From contig CAIYPD010000070.1 in NCBI GenBank assembly GCA_903928075.1, positions 1,730 to 65,729 of the forward strand: a DNA stretch of 64,000 nucleotides, written 5' to 3'. Shown in pieces: positions 9,300-19,410 of the stretch; position 1 is the stretch's first letter; every line of letters begins with the position of its first letter. The position numbers and the translations under genes are program-made. The notes under the pieces are model-generated. The model was not told the origin of the DNA. It made no database searches and saw nothing but the letters and a program-made list of their open reading frames with translations. This DNA comes from Candidatus Firestoneibacteriota bacterium. GTDB lineage: Bacteria > Oederibacteriota > D2-FULL-39-29.

Positions 9300-11819
9300 T
9301 TACCACGAAAATAGTATTTCTCCTGTAACCGGGCCAACTTCCATGTATACTCCGTCAGCACCGGAAACTCTCTTGGGGGTCTTGAAAGCCCCGACTAAAT
9401 AAGGAAAAGCCGGGTCAGTCAAAATTTTGACCTGCTTTTCCGTTCCGGAGACAGGGTAAAATCTTAGCACGGCGTTTTTCAGGTTGGTGACCAGAAGACG
9501 CCGGCTAACCCCGAAATGGACGGCAGGCAGTTCGCGGCATTCAACTTTCGTACCCGAAGCCTGTTTAACAAAAATACGGCATTCATTATGCCACGCAGGC
9601 GGCAGGAGATAGTGAGCTCCGGTTTTATCCACTGTTGCGTGCGTCCCGGTAAATAAGGGCGCGCCCTCAGGGGAACTAAAGCTGATTTTGGCAACATCAT
9701 GGGGATTATACCCGCTGAAGTAAAAACCATTACGGGAACGCGAGACCGTGTGTAAAGGTGTCCGCTGAAGGGTGGTTGCTTTTGAGTGGCTTATTTTCAA
9801 ACCACCCATTTCAGCCGCCAGCAGTCGCACCAGTTGCTCTGCCGGGAAATACTTTGAAGCCGGCAAAGGTAATGGCAGTGGTCCACCCATCTTCTTTTCG
9901 TCGCAGGTCACGGTTCCACGAAGCCAACCGAGTTTTCCGCCTTTCCAGGCCGGTAGTTCAGCCAGCACGGCAAGAGCATAGGAGTTCTTCCCTCGCTTTG
10001 CAGTTGCAAGATAACGCAGATTCTTTTTGGGCTTGCCAGAAAGTTCCAGAGGCCCGCCGGAAATAATTGCCGGATGATGAAGCAGTTTACCGTAAGCAAT
10101 ACCATCGGCCCTGGTCCAGGATTTTTCCAGTGTCAGGGCAAGATCACCCTCGGCCTCAGGCGCAAGAGAAAGACCGAGTAAATCCAAAAGCTCTTTGTCT
10201 CCGACCGCCACAGGACCGTAGAAAATAACGCGGCCGCCATTTTTTATCTTTTCAAAAAGTTTTGCCCGTAATTTACTGCCCTTTTCCGGAACAGGGGTAA
10301 TAAGCAGAGAGCCTTTCAAGATTTCGGGCGCCGCAGAAAGATAGTTACCGGAACTAATTACGGTATTGATAGGGGCACCGTTATTGATGGCCCCGCGGAC
10401 ATACCAGTCCCCGAAATATACTTCGCGCAGAGCAGGATTTTTTCCGAAAACTTTCTCGTGATATTCCTTAAACGGATAAACCCAGACCAGCGGTCCAGCC
10501 TGGTCCGGCGCGTTTTCCCGGGCCCGTAAAATATGAGAAGTAACATCCGCCGGCACTTGCGCGGGCATCTCGCCTTTTGAATCGTCCACGGAGAGAAAGG
10601 CGAGAGTGTCAGGTGTTTCAGCAGTTCCCCGGCCGTTCAGACGGCTGACAGAAAGAGGCATATAGATATCATGCGGAAAACGCTGATAACGGTCGAGCCA
10701 GGGACTGTTCATCCACCACGGGTCGTGAGTATAAAAACGAAAAGGAAAACCTTTTCCGGGCAGTTCGGCAATATGGGACATCCAGCCGGCAAACTCGAGA
10801 CCAAAATCAGCGTCCAGCGCCGCCCAGGGTGAATTGACCGGTGGTTCAAGCGGGCCAAATTTATAAATATCTAAAAGAGGAACTCCGTCCGAAGCCATAT
10901 CTACGCCCGAGGTAAGATTGGTGCCGCGGGTGCGGACCAAAAGATCAGGACATTCCACACGAAAATCCTGCCAGAAACGGAGTATCCCTTCTTTTGAAGG
11001 CGCAACCGCTTCGGGCATAAATTTGTAACCGTCAAAAACCGAGCCGTTTAAACCCCAGGTTTCCATACCAAAGCCGAAGCCGTTGGAAAACCAGATGAAA
11101 TCCAATCCGAGGTTTTTATTAAAAATCTTGAGCTGACGGCCCAGGAAAGTGCCGAGAGAGGTTTTATCCGGTATGCCGTTGGGAAAGCCGGCATAAGCCA
11201 CCGTGTCTTCGTTTAAGACCGCGGCGCAGCCTAAAAAGGTCTTGCCGTACAAAGCGCCGCCGAGACAGATCTCGCGGTGCCTTTCATATTTAAAGGGTGA
11301 TTTTGCGAACTCCGGACCGGGATCAAAGGTATTCCCGACTTTTACCGGGCGCTCAAGGATGCGTTCACCTTCGGTTTTTAAATCTTTAACAAGGCCTTTT
11401 AGCCAGCCGTAGGTCAAGATTGCAGTATTTTCACGGTAGATATAAGGCCGGCGGTGGAGCCCCAGGCCTTTGGGATCCAAAGAATCCCCGTGCGCGCCTA
11501 TCCCCTGTGTGTCTTTTTCATCGGCCAGGCCGCCTTTTTTCTTAAGTTCTTGCGAATGCGCCCAGCGGTTAGCACCGCCGAGATAGCGGGCCCACTCAAT
11601 TTCCGCATTCAAGTCCCCGCGGTAGTCAAGAATTTCTGAGCCATCAGCGGTCCAGAGCATTATATGCACTTCCTCGGCATATTCACAAAGCGGGAGCCAT
11701 TGCCGGAACAACTTCCGGCAGACCGCGCGGCGGGTCTCCGCCGTATTGTCAAAGAAAGGTTTAAGGCTTATTTCCAGAGATACAACGCGAAATTTTTTCG
11801 GTTCCGGTACAAATGTCAT
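9300..11819 (-). CDS. Large hypothetical protein (839 aa), GC-richer than its neighbours, possibly carbohydrate-active
   Basis: This is a long uninterrupted ORF and no family was recognised with confidence. It lies directly upstream of the ThuA-like gene. Confidence 0.6.
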   Translation of the reverse strand: MTFVPEPKKFRVVSLEISLKPFFDNTAETRRAVCRKLFRQWLPLCEYAEEVHIMLWTADGSEILDYRGDLNAEIEWARYLGGANRWAHSQELKKKGGLADEKDTQGIGAHGDSLDPKGLGLHRRPYIYRENTAILTYGWLKGLVKDLKTEGERILERPVKVGNTFDPGPEFAKSPFKYERHREICLGGALYGKTFLGCAAVLNEDTVAYAGFPNGIPDKTSLGTFLGRQLKIFNKNLGLDFIWFSNGFGFGMETWGLNGSVFDGYKFMPEAVAPSKEGILRFWQDFRVECPDLLVRTRGTNLTSGVDMASDGVPLLDIYKFGPLEPPVNSPWAALDADFGLEFAGWMSHIAELPGKGFPFRFYTHDPWWMNSPWLDRYQRFPHDIYMPLSVSRLNGRGTAETPDTLAFLSVDDSKGEMPAQVPADVTSHILRARENAPDQAGPLVWVYPFKEYHEKVFGKNPALREVYFGDWYVRGAINNGAPINTVISSGNYLSAAPEILKGSLLITPVPEKGSKLRAKLFEKIKNGGRVIFYGPVAVGDKELLDLLGLSLAPEAEGDLALTLEKSWTRADGIAYGKLLHHPAIISGGPLELSGKPKKNLRYLATAKRGKNSYALAVLAELPAWKGGKLGWLRGTVTCDEKKMGGPLPLPLPASKYFPAEQLVRLLAAEMGGLKISHSKATTLQRTPLHTVSRSRNGFYFSGYNPHDVAKISFSSPEGAPLFTGTHATVDKTGAHYLLPPAWHNECRIFVKQASGTKVECRELPAVHFGVSRRLLVTNLKNAVLRFYPVSGTEKQVKILTDPAFPYLVGAFKTPKRVSGADGVYMEVGPVTGEILFSW

Positions 11820-11929
11820 ATCTTAGCTCCTTTAAATATAAAAAAATGCGCCGCATTTAACCCCGGCGCTTTTTTAAATTCTGTATAAACTGTTTTCTTA
11901 TTCAAATAAATATCCTTTAAAGATATTAA

Positions 11930-12119
11930 GACCTTACGCTGCTAAAAGCGCAGCTGATGTCACAGATAAAAAAACAGATGACACAGATACAGTGATGAAA
12001 ATAATAAAAATCCTACAACGATTTTAGACCTTATGGACTTTATCTCGCTATGTCAACGGTAGTTGACATCTATATATCCTTCCTATCGAGAAAAGCTTTG
12101 CTTATAGACTTTATGAACC
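11930..12119 (+). repeat. Full-length copy of the dispersed composite intergenic repeat, plus orientation
   Basis: It matches the 8265-8454 copy. It ends 5 bp from the stop of the 12124..13254 gene. Confidence 0.85.
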
Positions 12120-12123
12120 GTAT

Positions 12124-13254
12124 TTATATTTCTACCTGATACAACCGGTACTTCTTATATAAGAAGCCGCCGATATCGCTGTCAAACTTATTGATGAGGT
12201 CGTTGTCTTCAAGGTTCCAGCTCATCTCGCACCAATCATATCTGCCGTTCGCTCGGATAGCTGTCTCATAGAAAATTTCCGCAACCAGACCGGTCTGCCG
12301 GTACTCTTTTAAACAACCGCCGATAAGGGACCTGCAACCTTTTATTTTAGGTTTGTACCAGAGAAATTTAAGGAGCCCGATTATGCCCATACCCATCATC
12401 CCTTCACAGCCGCTTACATGTTTTAATACCTCATTAAGGTTGGGAAGAGTTATAGCAATACCTGCAGGCTTGCCATCTTTCGTCTCAGCGATAATTACAA
12501 CATTGGGATCCATAAACTGGAGCATACCTTCGGCCGCGCAATCCATCTCGGCGTCGGTCATCGGGACAAAGCCCCAATTTTTTTCCCAGGCCTGATTATA
12601 AACATCCTTGATTATCTGGATATCTCTTTCTTTGTTCTTCATATCAAAGCATCTTAATTTAAACTGGGAGGTTTTCTTTATCCTCAGCATCATTTTCTCT
12701 ATTCTCTCCGGCACGCCCGTGTATTTACTCTTAAGGAAAGCATAAAGATCTTTTGCCTTTTTCATCCCGTAGTCCTCTGAAAGTTTGAGATAGTATTTGG
12801 GATTGTAAGGCATCATAATTGCCGGTTCAAAATTAAAGCCTTCCAGCAAAAAGCCATACTCATCATTCGACGAGGGTGACGCCGGACCCCGCATATAGAC
12901 AGCGCCCTCTTGTTTGAGCCAGGCTTTCGCCGCATCAAAAAGAGCCCCGGAAACTTCCGTGTCATTTATAGATTCAAAGTAGCCAAAAAAACCGGCTTTT
13001 TCTTCGTGAATCTTGTTGTGCATCTCATCGGTTATTGCCGCGATACGGCCGGCAACTTTATTGTCTTTGTAGGCCAGAAAGAGTTTTCTCTTGGCATGCT
13101 GCCAGAAAGGATATTTAGTTACATCAAGCATTTTTCTATATTCGCTTTTCAGGTTGGGTATCCAGTAGGGGTTATTCTTATAAATCATCCAGGGCAGGTC
13201 TATGAATTCCTTTAGTTCGCCTTCTTTTTCAACTTCCCTTATGGAAATAGTCAT
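12124..13254 (-). CDS. GNAT-fold acyltransferase, FemAB/Acetyltransf_6-like (376 aa)
   Basis: Its size and the motif pattern (FIDLPWMIYKNNPYW...) are reminiscent of FemAB-like GNAT proteins. The assignment rests on recollection. Confidence 0.45.
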   Translation of the reverse strand: MTISIREVEKEGELKEFIDLPWMIYKNNPYWIPNLKSEYRKMLDVTKYPFWQHAKRKLFLAYKDNKVAGRIAAITDEMHNKIHEEKAGFFGYFESINDTEVSGALFDAAKAWLKQEGAVYMRGPASPSSNDEYGFLLEGFNFEPAIMMPYNPKYYLKLSEDYGMKKAKDLYAFLKSKYTGVPERIEKMMLRIKKTSQFKLRCFDMKNKERDIQIIKDVYNQAWEKNWGFVPMTDAEMDCAAEGMLQFMDPNVVIIAETKDGKPAGIAITLPNLNEVLKHVSGCEGMMGMGIIGLLKFLWYKPKIKGCRSLIGGCLKEYRQTGLVAEIFYETAIRANGRYDWCEMSWNLEDNDLINKFDSDIGGFLYKKYRLYQVEI

Positions 13255-13435
13255 TTTTCTCTCCTATGTTAAGACGATTGCGCTGACAAAATAACGATTC
13301 AATTATATAACTACTATTAGTTATTGTCAACAACCTAAACTTCGCGTCAGTAGCATAGGAAAATCTTAAAAAAAGAGTAGATAAATAAACTAAAAGTAAT
13401 ATAATATGGTACATTGAGTTTTCAAGGAGCTTAAT

Positions 13436-14254
13436 ATGGAGCAGAATTCTTTACCGAAAATAGCTTTTGCAGGGACCAAGGTTAGTCGTCTTATCTGCGG
13501 GTGCAATCCTATAACCGGGTTCTCGCATTTTTCCGAGGAGAAAGACTGGGAGTTTAAAAAATACTATAACTTTGCGAATACCCATAAACTTATTGAAGAA
13601 TGTTTTCAAAACGGGATTAACACGATGCAGTTACGCGGAGATAAGTTTTACTTAAGGCTCATGCTGGACCACCGCGAGCGGGGTGGTAAAATGAATTTTA
13701 TCCTCGTAACCGCAAATGAACTTAGAGACTTGAAAGCGAATATTAGGGAAATAAAACAATACGGGCCGCTTGCGGTATATTATCACGGAACTTATGTCGA
13801 TAATGCCTGGCACGAAGGCAAGATAGACGAGATAGGCGATTTCGTAAAATTCATGAAAGATAACAGTATCTTCGTCGGGATAGGCTCGCATATGCCCGAA
13901 GTAATTGAATACGCCGAAGAGAAAAACTGGGAGACGGATTTTTATATGTGTTGTCTCTATAATCTGGCAAGAAAAACCAAGACCATCCAGGGCCTTAACG
14001 CAACAGGCGTAGAAGAGAAGTTTATTGACAATGACAGAGACAGTATGACCGAAATGATCCGTAAGATAAAAAAAACATGTCTGGCCTTCAAAATCCTCGG
14101 GGCCGGCCGGAAATGTGAGAATAAAGAAACGGTAAAAGAGGCATTTGAGTATGCCTTCAAAAGGATAAAACCTATTGATGCTGTGGTAGTCGGAATGTTC
14201 CAAAAAGACAAAAACCAGGTCAGGGAAAATGCTGAAATAGTAAGGGGTATATGA
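13436..14254 (+). CDS. Hypothetical protein (272 aa)
   Basis: The ORF overlaps the start of the next gene by 4 bp (ATGA), so the two are operonic. No confident family assignment was made. Confidence 0.6.
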   Translation: MEQNSLPKIAFAGTKVSRLICGCNPITGFSHFSEEKDWEFKKYYNFANTHKLIEECFQNGINTMQLRGDKFYLRLMLDHRERGGKMNFILVTANELRDLKANIREIKQYGPLAVYYHGTYVDNAWHEGKIDEIGDFVKFMKDNSIFVGIGSHMPEVIEYAEEKNWETDFYMCCLYNLARKTKTIQGLNATGVEEKFIDNDRDSMTEMIRKIKKTCLAFKILGAGRKCENKETVKEAFEYAFKRIKPIDAVVVGMFQKDKNQVRENAEIVRGI

Positions 14255-15759
14255 GAAAATATATTTTCGCAGGGCTTTTAAGCGCACTGGCTGCACTTTC
14301 TTTTGCTGAGGTTTCAGTTTCCGGGATTTTTTCGGAAAATATGGTCCTCCAACAGGGCAAAGAACTAAACATTTGGGGTTTTGCCGAGAACGGCGAGAGC
14401 GTGACCGTTTCTTTTCTTGAAAATAAAGCAGCCACAACGGCAAAAGACGGTGTCTGGGCCGTCAAACTTCCTCCTGCCAAAGCCGGCGGGCCTTTTACAC
14501 TGAAAATTTCCGGTACCAATACTCTCGAGTTTAAAAATGTCCTGGTCGGCGAGGTTTGGTTCTGCAGCGGCCAGTCCAACATGGGCGTTCCTCTTTCCGG
14601 CTCCGCAGAAGTTGCGGAAATAAAAAATATAGAAAATCCCCTCATTCGATTTTATAAACCGCCTTCTTCCTTAAAAGCCGACGCGATAACCAAACCTTTG
14701 GAAAAAGCCGGCTCCGCCTGGTCGCTCTGCACCGAGTCCGGCGCGAAAAGTTTTTCCGCGGTGGCCTATTATTTCGGCGCGGAACTTCAGAAAGAATTAA
14801 AGGTCCCGGTGGGCCTGATTTTAAGTTTTTATAGCGGCTCCCCCATAGAATCCTGGATGAGCGCAGAAGCCTTGAGTCTTTCCGGCGAGGACAAGTTAAA
14901 TGAAATCTATGAAACTAACCCCAAAGAATATCTGGAAAAAGCCGCGACTTTTAAACAAAAAGTAATGGCCGCAAGAAAACTACTTGCCGGTAAACCCAAA
15001 AAGAAAGGCGAGGCCTCTTCCTGGACTCCGAGCATACTTTACAACAGCATGGTCAACCCCCTCCTCCCCTACACAATCCAGGGGGTCATCTGGTATCAGG
15101 GCGAATCTAACGGCTCGAAGGCCTATGCGTACCGTGAAAAATTTCCCGAACTTATAAGAAGCTGGCGCAGGGATTGGGGCCAGGGTGACTTTCCCTTCCT
15201 TTTCGTCCAACTTGCTCCCTGGCAGATAACCTCGGACCTGGCCTACGGCGGTATAGGCACCTGGGCGGAGTTAAGAGACGCTCAACTTTTCACTTTGAAA
15301 ACCGTAAAAAATACCGCGATGGCGGTTACCGTTGATGCCGGAGATAGAGCCAATATTCATCCTACAAGGAAAAAGCCGGTGGGAGAAAGACTGGCGGCGG
15401 CAGCAAAAGCCCTGGCCTATGGAAAACCCATAGAATATATGGGCCCGGTCTATGACAAGATAGAAATAAAAGGAAGTAACGCAATTATCAGTTTCACTCA
15501 TTCAGCCGGTGGCTTAATAGCAAAAGACGGCGCGTTAAAAGGTTTTACAATCGCCGGTACAGATAAGAAGTTCGTCCCCGCCCAGGCGGAGATAACCGGA
15601 AACACTGTCGTGGTAAGCAGCAGCGAGGTAGCAAGCCCTGTAGCCGTAAGGTACGGTTGGGAAGATTATCCGGAGGTCAATCTCTGGAACAAAGACGGTT
15701 TTCCCGCAAGCCCCTTTCGGACCGACAATTTTACTTTGATAACCCAAAAGGGGCACTAA
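14251..15759 (+). CDS. Sialate O-acetylesterase-like carbohydrate esterase (DUF303/SASA family), secreted
   Basis: It has a signal peptide and the diagnostic GEVWFCSGQSNM motif. Confidence 0.8.
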   Translation: MRKYIFAGLLSALAALSFAEVSVSGIFSENMVLQQGKELNIWGFAENGESVTVSFLENKAATTAKDGVWAVKLPPAKAGGPFTLKISGTNTLEFKNVLVGEVWFCSGQSNMGVPLSGSAEVAEIKNIENPLIRFYKPPSSLKADAITKPLEKAGSAWSLCTESGAKSFSAVAYYFGAELQKELKVPVGLILSFYSGSPIESWMSAEALSLSGEDKLNEIYETNPKEYLEKAATFKQKVMAARKLLAGKPKKKGEASSWTPSILYNSMVNPLLPYTIQGVIWYQGESNGSKAYAYREKFPELIRSWRRDWGQGDFPFLFVQLAPWQITSDLAYGGIGTWAELRDAQLFTLKTVKNTAMAVTVDAGDRANIHPTRKKPVGERLAAAAKALAYGKPIEYMGPVYDKIEIKGSNAIISFTHSAGGLIAKDGALKGFTIAGTDKKFVPAQAEITGNTVVVSSSEVASPVAVRYGWEDYPEVNLWNKDGFPASPFRTDNFTLITQKGH

Positions 15760-16934
15760 TGGAAAGCAAAGTTGACCTCATGAATTCGGGTGATTTTAAA
15801 GAACTCTGCAAATTGCTTGACCAGTCTTTTTCATATACAAAACCTTTTGACAAAACATATTGCCACATCTGTAATAACCTTCCGGAAAATTATGCTCAAC
15901 ATCTCGTTATAAGGGATAAAGGCAAGATTGTAAGCCATGTCGGAGTATTTCCGATGCCGATGAAGATTTATGGCGGTGGTATTTTAAGGATTGGAGGCAT
16001 AGGCGCAGTTGCTACTTTCAAAAAATACCGCGGCCGCGGTTTTATGAATCTGCTTATTGAAAAATCAATAAAAGAAATGAAAAATAAATATGATATTTCC
16101 TGGTTGAGCGGCGATAGGAGAAGATACAGGACTTTTGGCTGGGAAAACAGCGGAAGAAAGGCGGTCTTTACACTCAACGCAAGGTCGGTAAAGAAAATCA
16201 AAGTTCTTAAATTCAATATCAGAAAATGCAAGAAAGAACCGGAATATTTAAAAGCGATAGAAAAACTTCACGACGGAACAGGGCTGGGAATAAAGAGATC
16301 TCCTACGGAAAACAAACTGGTTTATAACCGCCTGAAAAAAGATATTTATCTGGCTTTTAAAGGAAACCGGCCGGTTTCTTATATAATTATAAATATCAAT
16401 CAAGACCGGTTAAACAAAAAACTCTTTACGGCGAATGTAAACGAATACGGCGGCAATATCGAAGGCATCAAAGCTCTGGCAAAGTATGTAATAGAGCAAC
16501 TTGGCTGCGAAAAACTCACGGTGGCAACACCCGTCTACAATAATAGATATAAAAGACTCTTCACCGGCATGACTTCGCTTGTGTCCATAGCCGCTTACGG
16601 AGAAATGCTGAAAATTTTAAATCTAAAGGGCGTCCTGAAGAGTTACGAGAAGCAGATGACCCTTAAGCTAAAAACCTCTAAAATGAAAGTAAAAACAGAT
16701 ATAACCCTCCGCCTTAAAGAGACCGGCGAAGCAGTCACCTTAAACATCGGTAAAGAAGTTAAAGTCACCGGTAAATTATCAAAAAAAATAATAACCCTAA
16801 ACAGCAAAGACATGGTAAGACTCCTCTTCGGCCTGACAAAACCCTCCGACGATTTTAAATTCCCCACGGCTTTCGCCCCCCTCGACCTAATCTTCCCCCT
16901 GGATTACTTCTTCTGGGAGAATGAGACAGTATAG
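15760..16934 (+). CDS. GNAT N-acetyltransferase, Eis-like (GNAT plus a C-terminal SCP2-like domain)
   Basis: GNAT motif A is present (YRGRGFMNLLIEKSIKEM). The about 390-aa length matches Eis-type enzymes. The start is the ATG at 15760, directly after the esterase stop. Confidence 0.55.
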
Positions 16935-17128
16935 GGGAGTTACCTTTCTTAATGTTATACGCAGGTGAGACAAATATACCTAAAAATTATTCCAAAAAAA
17001 AACATTTCACTTTTTTTTAAGTTTTTAGGCAGATAACAAGCAAAAGGTGTGTTTATTCAGTCCTAATCTCACATAAGAATAAAATATCGCTTCAATAAAT
17101 AGGTCTTACCACTTATTGGTATCTTAAT

Positions 17129-17548
17129 TTAGCCTTTTTTCCAGTGGATAACTTTTTCACAGTAATAGCATTTGCCGTTATGAACGCAGATGACATCACC
17201 ACATTTGTTACATTTCCACTCTTTTCTTTCTTTAGCCAGGAACTTCTTCATTCCGTGTTTCTTTATGTATTTAAGGTTATCAATCGGGCTTTCCTGCCTG
17301 GCATAGCTGTTTTTGTATCTTTTTTCCAGCCGTTTGAGCATATCGCAAGGGAAATATTCACACTGATAGCAAAATTCAATTTTATTAATGTTACCTGTCT
17401 TGCACCTTGTGCATTTTCCCCCAACTATATTACACCCCTCACAATGCCGTATCCGCCCTTTTGCCTGTCTTAACCCATTTAAATATGATAGATACATGCT
17501 ACAAATCCCGCAATTAATTCCACAAGCTGCAATAAGTTCAACCTTCAT
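17129..17548 (-). CDS. Cysteine-rich protein, DUF3795 family
   Basis: It has more than 20 Cys residues, an N-terminal CGINCGICSMY motif and a C-terminal CNKCGDV...CYYCEK motif. Confidence 0.55.
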   Translation of the reverse strand: MKVELIAACGINCGICSMYLSYLNGLRQAKGRIRHCEGCNIVGGKCTRCKTGNINKIEFCYQCEYFPCDMLKRLEKRYKNSYARQESPIDNLKYIKKHGMKKFLAKERKEWKCNKCGDVICVHNGKCYYCEKVIHWKKG

Positions 17549-17652
17549 GCTTGAAATTCTCCGATGATAAGAAATCGCACGTTAATAAAAGGACCTGCCC
17601 CGCTTTTTTTGCTTTTATCATCCATCATTCATTACCCATTGTCTTATTTTAT

Positions 17653-18978
17653 TTATCTATGCGAAAAGAAATGCCAGCCGCCCAGGTCTCTGGAGTTGCC
17701 TTTGTCGCCTTTGAGCAGTTCTTTGTAGTTTGCCGAGACTTTTTTGAAGGCGTTTGCGTGTTCTTCGATTATTTCCGGATAGAATTTTTTAAACCACGGC
17801 ACGCCGTAGGTACGGGCGTTAATACTTTCGCTTACGGGTAAACTTCCTTTTAGTTGTCTCAGGTCTCTTTTTGTATGGGCAAGACGCGTTGGCTTGCCGT
17901 GCCCGTAGACATCACAGGTGTTAAAGAGCGCGTGCAGGTGGAGAGGTTTGTTACAGCCCGGCCCGCAGGCCGTTGCTCCTTCCGCTCTAACCGCCTCAGC
18001 AAATCTTGTTACCGAGAGACCACCGAGTTCTTCCGGTTTATAAAGCCCGTGGGCAAAATACCAGCCGCCCATAGTACTGCCGGAGTTTTTATCGGGTCTG
18101 TGCGCTTTCAGTCCCGGGGTGCCTTCGAGTAAATCCCAGAAGTAGTTCATAGCTTTCTGAATCTCTTTCATTCTGATGTCATGATATTTAAGCTGGACCA
18201 GACCCACCGCCGCACTCAGCTGATGCATCCGGTATTTATAGCCGCCCAGAGGCAGGCCGGCGAAAGGTTTCAAATACGCAGTTTTTATTTTACCGTCAAA
18301 CCTCTCATAATGCCCGAAGGCAATCGCTCTTTCGTAAATTTCAAGGTCGTTGGTCACGAACATACCGGCTTCACCGGCAACAAAAGACTTGCCGCTCATC
18401 AAAGACATTGCGCCCACATGGCCTATCGTACCGACTTTTCTTCCTTTATAGAGCCCGCCTTGCGCATGCGAGATATCTTCGATAACTTTCAGTTTATATT
18501 TTTTTGCGAGTTTCATAATGGGATCCATATCGCAGGGGTGGCCGACATAATGTACCAGAACAATTGCCTTTGTTTTTTTCGTAATGTGCCTTTCTATATC
18601 TTTAGGATCAAGGCAAAGGGTATCCGGATCCACTTCCGCAAAGACCGGGGTCGCGCCCAGAGAAAAGGCCTGAACTACGGAAGCCCAGTAGGTAACACTG
18701 GGGCAGATTATTTCGTCGCCGACGCCGACTTTGCACCCGTACATAGCCGCCTGGACAGCCGCTGTCCCGTTATGAAAACCCAGAGCATATTTCATATCAA
18801 GCCAGCCGGCAGTAGCCGCTTCGAATTTTTTTGTTATATCCGTGCCTGACATCCCGCCCCGTCTCAGGACTTCAAGGACGGCCTCTTCATCTTCCTTTGT
18901 TATAATAGGCCATTTGAAAGCATCTTTCCGGTCTCTTGTGACTGCCGGGGTACCGCCTAAAAGCGCTAATTTACTCAT
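17653..18978 (-). CDS. DegT/DnrJ/EryC1/StrS-family PLP-dependent (sugar) aminotransferase
   Basis: It has the ...DISHAQG... and SLMSGKSF motifs, with the PLP-binding lysine. The start is probably the second ATG, which has a GGAGG RBS. Confidence 0.8.
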   Translation of the reverse strand: MSKLALLGGTPAVTRDRKDAFKWPIITKEDEEAVLEVLRRGGMSGTDITKKFEAATAGWLDMKYALGFHNGTAAVQAAMYGCKVGVGDEIICPSVTYWASVVQAFSLGATPVFAEVDPDTLCLDPKDIERHITKKTKAIVLVHYVGHPCDMDPIMKLAKKYKLKVIEDISHAQGGLYKGRKVGTIGHVGAMSLMSGKSFVAGEAGMFVTNDLEIYERAIAFGHYERFDGKIKTAYLKPFAGLPLGGYKYRMHQLSAAVGLVQLKYHDIRMKEIQKAMNYFWDLLEGTPGLKAHRPDKNSGSTMGGWYFAHGLYKPEELGGLSVTRFAEAVRAEGATACGPGCNKPLHLHALFNTCDVYGHGKPTRLAHTKRDLRQLKGSLPVSESINARTYGVPWFKKFYPEIIEEHANAFKKVSANYKELLKGDKGNSRDLGGWHFFSHR

Positions 18979-19002
18979 ACTAACCTCCATTTCATCAGCT
19001 TC

Positions 19003-19031
19003 TCCGCCAAAAAGCGTTGGCGGATTTCGCT
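19003..19031 (-). promoter_or_regulatory. Conserved leader hairpin motif TAGCGAAATCCGCCAACGCTTTTTGGCGGAG (minus-strand sense) 12-40 nt upstream of the aminotransferase start
   Basis: A near-identical about 30-nt sequence, including the CCGCCAA/TTGGCGG stem, recurs upstream of the nucleoside hydrolase (29691-29722). Confidence 0.45.
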
Positions 19032-19249
19032 ATGCTCAACTTCTCATAATTCACCTTGTTTTTCTTCCATCTATTAACTATTGTTCTATTGTTCCATTGC
19101 TCTACCCCGGGAGTAGGTATGGATGAGGGTAATGATTCACTTAAAGTCTGTAAAAGTCTATCAAGGTTCGTAAAAGTTTTTAAATGAAAGACCAGAAAAT
19201 ATCGTCTGATACTTTTTAGATTTGGAACTTCCACCTACCCTCTCCATTA

Positions 19250-19363
19250 AATATCCTTCAACGATTTTAGACCTTATGGACCTTATCTCGCTATGTCAAC
19301 GGATGTTGACATTTATATATCCTTCCTCTCGAGAAAAGCTTTGCTTATAGACCTTTATGGACC
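19250..19363 (+). repeat. Module-B (palindrome-containing half) copy of the dispersed repeat
   Basis: The sequence runs TTCAACGATTTTAGACCTTATGGACCTTATCTCGCTATGTCAACGGATGTTGACAT...GACCTTTATGGACC. It lies 48 bp after the stop of the UroD-like gene. Confidence 0.8.
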
Positions 19364-19410
19364 ATTAACAATATTCCTAAGTTTTTAAGACTTTAAAAAC
19401 TATTTTTACA

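Noticed and set aside
18181-18849. 222-aa plus-strand ORF and other long antisense ORFs inside annotated genes (e.g. 5842..6213, 8506..8892, 28712..29356, 37308..38114)
   Set aside because: Each lies antisense within a gene with strong family-level motifs (aminotransferase, EmrB, ThuA-like, nucleoside hydrolase, secreted protein). These are shadow ORFs typical of GC-moderate coding DNA.
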